Assembly (NCBI GenBank): GCA_963809485.1
Contig: CAWEJX010000006.1
Coordinates: forward strand, 320,001-384,000
Direction of reading: 5' to 3'
DNA: 64,000 bases
From: an uncultured Acidobacteriota bacterium
GTDB taxonomy: Bacteria > Acidobacteriota > UBA6911
Of this stretch, positions 56,867 to 64,000 are shown one piece after another (the first letter of the stretch is position 1; each line of letters starts with the position of its first letter). The notes under the pieces are model-generated. The model did no database searches. It saw only the letters and a program-made list of their open reading frames with translations, and was not told the origin of the DNA. The translations under genes were made by a program, and so were the position numbers.

Positions 56867-58690
56867 ATGCTCCGTTGTTATGCTGCGGTGCGGAATATAG
56901 GCTTGATTCATGTCCTTGCGGCAGTAGTGGCTTACGGGCTGGTTCCTGCCGCGACAGCGCAGCAGCCGGGGCCTCGCGATCAGGTCGTGGTCACTTCAAA
57001 CCTGGATCCCGTCCCATTCGAAAACCTCTCCCGCACTGTCACCGTCCTGACTCGCGAAGAGATCGGGCGAATGCCGGTTCGTTCCATCGCGGAGGTGCTG
57101 GATTATGCAAGCTCTGTCGATGTCAAATCGCGTGCGCCATTCGGATTACAGGCGGACCTGTCGGTGCGGGGCTCTTCCTACTCGCAAGTGCTCGTTCTGG
57201 TGGACGGAATCCGCATGAACAATTCCCAGACGGCTCATCACAATTCCGACTTTCCCGTCCAGCTGCAGGAGGTGGAAAGAATTGAAATCCTGAAGGGTGC
57301 CGGCTCGTCTCTCTATGGTGCCGATGCGTTCGGAGGCACCATCAATATCATAACGAGGCGTGACGTCGGAAAGGTGAACGCTTCGCTAATGGGTGGGCAG
57401 TTCGGCTTTTTCGAAGGAAGCTTCGGTGCGAGTTTCCGGAAGGCCGGCATCGATCAGTCCTTCAGCGCTTCGGCAGATCGTTCCACCGGTTTCATGTACG
57501 ATCGCGATTTCACCAGCTTGAGTTTCAGCTCACGAACGGGATTCGGAAAATCGTCGCTTTTCATCTCGCACCGGCGCGATGAATTTGGAGCGAATGGCTT
57601 CTATGGTCCGGCCCCCTCCCGGGAGTGGGAAAACCAGACGATGGTTTCGTTCGAACAGCAGATCGCTGTGCCTGCGCTCGACAGCAGTGTGTTTCGTGCG
57701 TACTATCGGACGCACGGAGACACATTTCTCTACGATGTCCGGACCCCTGACCGCAATAGAAACAATCACCGGACCCACGAGGCTGGAACAACGGTGAAAT
57801 CGAAATGGTCTTTGGCCGACAAGGCTGTGTTCTATTTTGGCGCCGAGGCAGGCGCCGACGTCATACGCTCCAGCAATCTCGGGGATCATGAATATGGACG
57901 GTTGAGTCTGTTTGGAGAGGTCGAGTGGAAGCCGAAGAAGCAATTAACGGTCTACTCCGGTATCCGCTGGGATCGTTACACCAATTTTGGCGCTGCAGCC
58001 AACCCGTCGCTGAGCGCCAGCTGGTGGGTCGCTGCGCGCATCCGGCTCCGATCCTCAATCGGGCACGCCTTCCGGATCCCGACATTCACAGAACTGTACT
58101 ACCATGACCCCAACAACGAGGCAGATCCGAACGTCGGGCCGGAGTCCTCGTGGTCGGGCGACGCGGGAGTCGATTTCCTCCCGGCAGGGAACTGGATGGG
58201 ATCTCTGACATTCTTTTTTCGCAACGCGGAAGATGTGATCGACTGGATCCGCGACACGCCCGATGAAAAATGGCGCACTGCCAACATCCGCAAGTTGCGC
58301 GTCCGGGGCATGGAGGCGGGACTCGAACACTCGTTTTCTTCAGGCGTTCGCCTCGCGGTTCACTACACAACGATGGAAAACACGGCCGGCAAAATCGACT
58401 ATTTCTCCAAATATGTATTGGATACTTCGCGGCACTCGTGGGCTGCGTCAGGTTCGGTGGAACTGCCGTTCTCAATGACCTGCGGGCAGAAACTGGCTTT
58501 TACGAAACGCGCCAATGGCATGGACTACTGGCTCTGGGATCTGCGTCTCGAACGTCGCTTCCACATGTTCACGGCTGTGATGGATGTTACCAACCTGCTT
58601 AGCAGTCGTTATCAGGAAGTCATCGGCGTAGATATGCCCGGTCGCTGGTTCATCGCCGGTCTGCGCTTTAACCTCCCCAGCCACCCATGA
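56867..58690 (+). CDS. TonB-dependent receptor (BtuB/CirA-like, with plug domain)
   Basis: VVVTS TonB box, LVLVDG, VERIEILKGAGSSLYGADAFGGTINIIT and AFRIPTFTELYY motifs. Confidence 0.9.
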   Translation: MLRCYAAVRNIGLIHVLAAVVAYGLVPAATAQQPGPRDQVVVTSNLDPVPFENLSRTVTVLTREEIGRMPVRSIAEVLDYASSVDVKSRAPFGLQADLSVRGSSYSQVLVLVDGIRMNNSQTAHHNSDFPVQLQEVERIEILKGAGSSLYGADAFGGTINIITRRDVGKVNASLMGGQFGFFEGSFGASFRKAGIDQSFSASADRSTGFMYDRDFTSLSFSSRTGFGKSSLFISHRRDEFGANGFYGPAPSREWENQTMVSFEQQIAVPALDSSVFRAYYRTHGDTFLYDVRTPDRNRNNHRTHEAGTTVKSKWSLADKAVFYFGAEAGADVIRSSNLGDHEYGRLSLFGEVEWKPKKQLTVYSGIRWDRYTNFGAAANPSLSASWWVAARIRLRSSIGHAFRIPTFTELYYHDPNNEADPNVGPESSWSGDAGVDFLPAGNWMGSLTFFFRNAEDVIDWIRDTPDEKWRTANIRKLRVRGMEAGLEHSFSSGVRLAVHYTTMENTAGKIDYFSKYVLDTSRHSWAASGSVELPFSMTCGQKLAFTKRANGMDYWLWDLRLERRFHMFTAVMDVTNLLSSRYQEVIGVDMPGRWFIAGLRFNLPSHP

Positions 58691-59097
58691 GCATTGCCTA
58701 ATGAAAGCCGGCGAATTTCATTCTGAGTCCAATCGAGTCCCGCGTATTTGGGAATGGTAGAGACCAAGCCTTGCAGGGCATTCGCTTCAAGCTGAGCAAA
58801 AGGCAGCTGCAGCGCTGGAAGTACGACATAGCTGGGGCGAAGGCTGCAAAGCGTCCGATGTCGTTATGTCCCTTAAGGGAGCATTCAGCCGGCCCCGCTG
58901 ACGCCCGCGCAATAGAGCGATGGAGTTGCTCACGAAGCCGCGGACTGCCTGGATGCAGGATATCCCAGACCGCTTTGCAAACATGCCCCTTTTTTCTATT
59001 TTGGCAAAGCATAGGGATCTGCACGTCTGCGGACGGCTTGTGAAGTCGCATTCATTGGATTGCCTTCGCCCGGCCGCGACGCGAAATCTGTGGTTTT

Positions 59098-61863
59098 TCA
59101 GAAGGAATACTTCAGGGCGATCTCGATTTCACGGGCATTTTCTGCGTTGGAAATAACTCCAAATGTGGGGGTTCCCATGAAATTGCCCGGCTGCTGAAAA
59201 TTGGCATGATTGAAAGCATTAAAGAACTGCACCCTGAACTCGAGAAGATTGCCGTCGGCGGAAACTCGGATTCTCTTGAGAATGCTGATGTCCCATGTTC
59301 GTTCGCCGGGAGTCATCAGGATGTTGCGTCCTGAATTCCCGAACCATTGAGGATTCGTTCCCGAAAGATCGGGCATAACAAAATCAGAGGTTTCAAACCA
59401 CTTATCCACGGATCGCTGAGAGCCGGGAAGCGTGCCCGGTCCGATCCGATTCGGGCGGTCACCCCAGACGCCGTCATTGTTCGGATCTCCGAACACCTCC
59501 GGATTAAAGGGCCATCCGGCCATGATGGTCGTAATCCCCGAGATCCTCCAGCCTTCAAATAGCGGGGAGAGCTTGCCTGCCCAATCCGTCGAGATCAGCT
59601 TGCCCCGCCCCACCGGCAGATCCAGAATGTAATTCAGGTTGAACTGCACAGGCGGCTGAAATCCCCACAACGACCGTTCGGCCGCCATGTCCCTGGGATT
59701 GCCGGGATTGACGAAAGCCCATCCCCAACCGTCGCTGACGGCCTTGGTCCATATAAAACCGGTTTGAATCGAAAAAGCACCCGTCAGGCGGCGCTTCAAC
59801 TGAGCATTCAGCCCGTCGCTGCTGTAGGAAGCGCCGCTTGACAGGATTTCAAAACGGCCGTAATCCGGGTTCGGCCGCCGCGGTTGGATCGGAACTCCAT
59901 AGGCTGCCGGAAGAGGAACGTTGGCTGGAATCGTGCGGAACAGCCTCGTCGTTTTCCGTCCTTCGTAGATCAGTTCAAGGCTCCAGCTGCGAAGGAATTC
60001 GTACTGGAGAGACAGTTCCCGCTGCTGGATGTAAGTGTTGCGCAGATAGGGATCCACGGCTTGAATGGTCTGTGCCGCCGGCGCGACGGAGGTAAAGGGC
60101 CGGGAGAGATCCAGGTCGGGTTTTGTCGGGGACTCGGCTCTTTCGAGATAGAAAAATGGATAATTGCGCCCGATGCTGTTGAGCGCCTGAAAATAATTCA
60201 TGGGACTGTGCGTCAGCCTATAGGATGCCCGCAACACGAGGCGGTTGTTGCCGAACGGGCTAAATGCGATACCCAATGCCGGTTCCCAATCGTTCCTGTC
60301 GTCGTAGGCTGCATGCCCGGACTCAAGGCTTAGTCCGAGTTCGCGGGCTCTGGGGCTCCCGGTAATGACGATTTCTCCATCGAGGGGCGGTTCAAAGAGC
60401 AGCGGATAGAACAGCGACACATTGTCGTGGATCGAATGCAGGAAGGGGGCATAGCTGTAAGCGAGCGCCATGGAAAGCGTCAAATGACGGCTGATTTTCC
60501 ATTCGTCCCTTATCGAGAGCTGCCAGGATCTCTGACGCAGATCCGCTCGATCGGAACCATTTCCGCGAGTGGCCGTATAGGGAATCCCCAAAAGAAAATC
60601 CGCAAAGGCATCGCCGCTGAACTGTCCTGAAAAGCCGAACTGGCCACGTCGAGTCCCCCACGTCATGCTCCCGTTAAGCTGGCGAAAGCTCAGGTTCCCT
60701 CCGAATCCAAGAGTGTGATTTCCATGAACGTAGGTATAGTCGCCCTTGTAAGCATAGGTGTTTTGAACAAAGATTTCCGGAGACCCGCCTCCCGGAAATC
60801 CTGCAAATCCGAATCCGAAGTTGAGGCTCGCATAGCCCATAATCTCAAATTCGGGATAACCTTCGTCTATCGGACCCAGGATGTTCACTCCCTCGATTCC
60901 CAAAGAAGCGAGCAAACCCGTCTGATAGGCCTGTTGGGATAATTGAAGGCTGGACTCCCGGTTAAAATCGGCACGCAGGTTCAGCACTTTATTGGAGCTG
61001 AAGGAATGCGTCAGATCCAGCGAGATCGATTGCCTCCGTTGATCGGTTGTGCTTCCGAAGGATGGCACATAGGCGGTGAAAAACTGGCTTCCGTCCGCAA
61101 TGTTGTAGTTGCCGAAGAGCTTGGTCTCGGGGCTGAATTCATAATCCACACGCGTGGTAATGCTGTTGTTGTTGTTCACGATGGGCTGGTTGTTGACGTA
61201 ATTCCGGGCCGGATCATCCCGGTTTGGATCCGGGAACAGCGACAGCAGCTTGGTGGATACCGGGTGAATGCGCGATGTGGGTATTTGATTGTCGGGAAAG
61301 GGAATGCCTGTGAACGGATCCAGGATCTTCCGGCCGGCCGGCGCGCTGAAATCCCCCTGCTTCATTTGCGGCGTAGGCACCAGCGAAAGCATGGTGGAAC
61401 CCTTGATGATCCGCAAACCGTCGTAACTTCCGAACACCTGCAGCTTTTTCGTGATAAAGGCGCCCAAGCTGAATCCGAACTGGTTTCTCTTGAACTCGGG
61501 CAGAGGCTCGCCCACAGGATCGAAGAAATTGCGGGCATCGAAATTGTCGTTTCGGTGGTACTCATAGACCGAGCCGTACATCTTACCCCGCTTGCGCACT
61601 GAAAAGGGATTTACGATCAGCGCAAAGGCCTTATCGTTGGACGCTCCGGACGGGATCCATGATTCTTTCAGCTCTACGCCAAAGGAATCAATCTGCTGGA
61701 GATCCGTTTCCGGCGGCGCTTCGAATCCACCGAGTGATTCCTGGGCGGCCGTTGCGGCTGCAGACGGCGAGTCCGCCTTCTCCTGACCAACCCTGATGGG
61801 ATCCGCTCCATGAACCAGGGCAGGTAAGAGGAGGAGCAGTGCTATAGGCCACAGTTTGATCAT
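59098..61863 (-). CDS. Oar-type TonB-receptor-like beta-barrel apparently lacking the plug and N-terminal domains
   Basis: Signal peptide, then GSVYEYHRNDNFDARNFF at about residue 96, RNQFGFSLG, RVQFFNAFNHANF and C-terminal LKYSF. Confidence 0.82.
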   Translation of the reverse strand: MIKLWPIALLLLLPALVHGADPIRVGQEKADSPSAAATAAQESLGGFEAPPETDLQQIDSFGVELKESWIPSGASNDKAFALIVNPFSVRKRGKMYGSVYEYHRNDNFDARNFFDPVGEPLPEFKRNQFGFSLGAFITKKLQVFGSYDGLRIIKGSTMLSLVPTPQMKQGDFSAPAGRKILDPFTGIPFPDNQIPTSRIHPVSTKLLSLFPDPNRDDPARNYVNNQPIVNNNNSITTRVDYEFSPETKLFGNYNIADGSQFFTAYVPSFGSTTDQRRQSISLDLTHSFSSNKVLNLRADFNRESSLQLSQQAYQTGLLASLGIEGVNILGPIDEGYPEFEIMGYASLNFGFGFAGFPGGGSPEIFVQNTYAYKGDYTYVHGNHTLGFGGNLSFRQLNGSMTWGTRRGQFGFSGQFSGDAFADFLLGIPYTATRGNGSDRADLRQRSWQLSIRDEWKISRHLTLSMALAYSYAPFLHSIHDNVSLFYPLLFEPPLDGEIVITGSPRARELGLSLESGHAAYDDRNDWEPALGIAFSPFGNNRLVLRASYRLTHSPMNYFQALNSIGRNYPFFYLERAESPTKPDLDLSRPFTSVAPAAQTIQAVDPYLRNTYIQQRELSLQYEFLRSWSLELIYEGRKTTRLFRTIPANVPLPAAYGVPIQPRRPNPDYGRFEILSSGASYSSDGLNAQLKRRLTGAFSIQTGFIWTKAVSDGWGWAFVNPGNPRDMAAERSLWGFQPPVQFNLNYILDLPVGRGKLISTDWAGKLSPLFEGWRISGITTIMAGWPFNPEVFGDPNNDGVWGDRPNRIGPGTLPGSQRSVDKWFETSDFVMPDLSGTNPQWFGNSGRNILMTPGERTWDISILKRIRVSADGNLLEFRVQFFNAFNHANFQQPGNFMGTPTFGVISNAENAREIEIALKYSF

Positions 61864-61915
61864 ATCAATCTTTCAATTGCGAATGGGGCAATCGGATATC
61901 TCAGGATAGAACCGG

Positions 61916-62614
61916 CTAGAAAACGAGTTCGTTGCCGACGATCATTGGCTTGACGGAAAAAACGGACCTCAGGCGGGAACTAGGGCCCATCACTTCAAGC
62001 AGTTCAAGCGTGATGGAATCACATTCCTTGGTAAGGATTGGAACCCCATTCAGCTCCCTGCTGAAGACAAACTTCGCGCCAATACTCTCCTCTCGAGGGG
62101 GAAAATATGCGCTGAGTTCCAACTGCGGGCACTCCGTTGTGGAAAGGTAGGCCTTGTTTTTCAATGTTTGGGCTGTTTGGCTTTGAAAGAAACGCCGGAC
62201 CATGCTTTCCTCGTTGGGATCATTGGATCGGAACCCGACCGATACGACGATCCATCGTGACGTATCCATTTCAAGGTTGGGCTGCTGAGCCGTTTCAAAC
62301 CGCTTTTTCTCTTCCGGAGACATTTTGTCGTATCCGTTTTGAATCTGCTGAATTCGGGCGTAGGCTTCGCGTATGGGGCGGGCTGAGAGAAAACGCACGT
62401 AGAAGGTATTGTAGATTTCCTTTTCACCCGATATGCCGCTTCCGACTCCGCTGATAACGCGGGTAAAGGTCTCCTGCCTCGCCCAGGGCGAAACGTTCAG
62501 CATTTCTACCGCTTTATCCATGGACCAGGATCCAAAAAGGCTGGGGGCAGACCTTGCAGCGCCGGCTTCCGACATAAATGCAAGCAAAATGCAGAAAAAC
62601 ATCGATGCAATCAT
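61916..62614 (-). CDS. Secreted conserved hypothetical protein
   Basis: Signal peptide; WS...ML..SPWA and VRFLSARPIREA blocks; co-oriented directly upstream of the barrel gene. Confidence 0.7.
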   Translation of the reverse strand: MIASMFFCILLAFMSEAGAARSAPSLFGSWSMDKAVEMLNVSPWARQETFTRVISGVGSGISGEKEIYNTFYVRFLSARPIREAYARIQQIQNGYDKMSPEEKKRFETAQQPNLEMDTSRWIVVSVGFRSNDPNEESMVRRFFQSQTAQTLKNKAYLSTTECPQLELSAYFPPREESIGAKFVFSRELNGVPILTKECDSITLELLEVMGPSSRLRSVFSVKPMIVGNELVF

Positions 62615-63051
62615 ATTCCTGCTCTCGCTAGAATAGTTTCACCATAAAAAGATAGCAGTGTAGCATTTCGGGGCGCCCGATACAGCCCAAATTTACGCTG
62701 CTGTTGTGGTTCGGGGGGTGATTCTTCCTGTCCCTTGCTCCTTTCCCCAGTTTTGATCCTGCTCCGCAGGATGGAAATGCCAATAAATCAATGCCTTGAC
62801 AACCCCTTTAAAAGGCCCAAGAATCGAGAGAGAGAAGCTTGGCATAAGGGGTAAGGCTTCGAACATACGGCGCTGTCTGCTGACCCGGCGCCGAAGAACT
62901 GTCATGTCGAAGATTGTGCCGGCAAAAGTGCCCTATGACGCGATGGTCCGGTTCAGGCTGACAAGGAATTAGGGCAACGATCGACCCTGAGTTATGGGCG
63001 CGCATAACTGGAGATTGACGGCAAGGCCATCTCTGTCGGCAGAAAAAGAGC

Positions 63052-63384
63052 ATGTGCGCGGAGATAAATGGCATGGTTTGCTGCACATCCTGTGGAAAAG
63101 CTTCTGGCGATGTGGGTGAAGGCCGGAGCGTAGCGTCGATTTCCGGCAGTTTCATGGGCGACGAATACACAGAGTCCTATTTTTACTGCGTACAGTGCGG
63201 GGTGTATACAGTTGAGATTTATCACGACCGGTTCCTGGGGGAGAGTTCCGTCTTTCTCAAAGGGCCCGTTTTAAAATCAGAGGGCGATGCTAAGGTCAGA
63301 TTGATTGGGGAGTGCCTCGAGCCCTGGGACAAAAAATGCCGCTGCAAGGCTCATATGAAATATTTCGATGGATGCCTTGATTGA
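63052..63384 (+). CDS. Small Cys-rich (zinc-ribbon-like) hypothetical protein
   Basis: CTSC, CVQC and C....DKKCRCKAH motifs. Confidence 0.65.
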   Translation: MCAEINGMVCCTSCGKASGDVGEGRSVASISGSFMGDEYTESYFYCVQCGVYTVEIYHDRFLGESSVFLKGPVLKSEGDAKVRLIGECLEPWDKKCRCKAHMKYFDGCLD

Positions 63385-63457
63385 CCGGCTATCACCCGCG
63401 AAACGCGGATAAGTAATTCACCGGTAAAAAACCGGCAGGAGCAAAGGAGTGTGCGAC

Positions 63458-63898
63458 ATGGCAAAGGCGCTTGTTGTATATGCAACCAGGACAAAAAATA
63501 CTAAGGCGATCGCGGAATCCATCGCGGAAGGGCTCCAAGAGCAGGGAACCGAGGTCACGGTTGTCGATGCCAATACTGTGACGGGCGAGTACGACCTTGA
63601 AGGGTACGATGCCTATATGTTCGGCTCAGCAACTTATCACGGGGACATGATGCCCGTGATGAAAGAGATGCTCTTTATTGCCGAGAGAGCCAATCTGGCC
63701 GGGAAGGCAGGGGGCGCGTTCGGTGCTTACGGATGGAGCGGGGAAGCAGCGCAAAGAATATACGACACCATGAAAAATCTCTACCGCATGAATATGGTGA
63801 AAGGCGCTTTGAGGGTCCAGACGCCGGCACAGCCTGAACGCCTTCGCAAAAACTCCCAGGAGTACGGAAAAGAATTGGCCGGCAAACTAAAAGCCTAG
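63458..63898 (+). CDS. Flavodoxin domain protein (FprA C-terminal-like)
   Basis: VVYATRTKNT, FGSATY and AFGAYGWSGEA motifs; RBS AGGAG. Confidence 0.88.
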   Translation: MAKALVVYATRTKNTKAIAESIAEGLQEQGTEVTVVDANTVTGEYDLEGYDAYMFGSATYHGDMMPVMKEMLFIAERANLAGKAGGAFGAYGWSGEAAQRIYDTMKNLYRMNMVKGALRVQTPAQPERLRKNSQEYGKELAGKLKA

Positions 63899-63980
63899 CG
63901 GTGCGCGACAACTGAATACAGTCACAATCCCCTAAGCTCTGCTTGGCGGCCGACAGAGGTTGAACGTTCCTGCATTTTTT

Positions 63981-64000
63981 TACGCTGACATACGCTGAAA
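63981..64000. repeat. ACGCTGAC-family repeat (truncated by the window end)
   Basis: acgctgacatacgctgaaa, nearly identical to the start of the copy at 30896. Confidence 0.55.

Overview
This is about 64 kb of GC-rich bacterial chromosome, most likely from an anaerobic Acidobacteriota-like lineage. That assignment is an inference from the Oar-type TonB-dependent receptors, the EF-hand/PQQ propeller protein and the conserved hypotheticals. There is no rRNA, tRNA, CRISPR array, transposase or phage gene. At least nine genes are split by single-base indels, which look like long-read assembly errors. The main content is: (1) a lipoprotein-anchored UGSC-like selenoprotein that the ORF track splits in two (in-frame UGA in a U-x-x-C motif, followed by a SECIS-like hairpin), convergent with a Tat-exported, divergent aldehyde:ferredoxin oxidoreductase and its 4Fe-4S partner; (2) a hdrA-qmoC-hdrA-mvhD-mvhG-mvhA-protease operon with no hdrB or apr, next to a divergent two-component system; (3) housekeeping and accessory genes (glgP, metG, MFS transporters, three TonB-type outer-membrane proteins); (4) a nitrogen/glutamine supercluster, glnA <> pyrG-carA-carB >< porin <> amtB-glnB-glnD. 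In that cluster CTP synthase carries an N-terminal excisionase-type HTH domain, and its own promoter is overlapped by 10-bp-period direct repeats. Sigma54 promoters there are paired with a recurring tandem TACA-N4-TGTA enhancer-like motif. A family of ACGCTGAC-based REP-like palindromes is scattered through the intergenic spaces. All calls come from reading the sequence; no database search was run.
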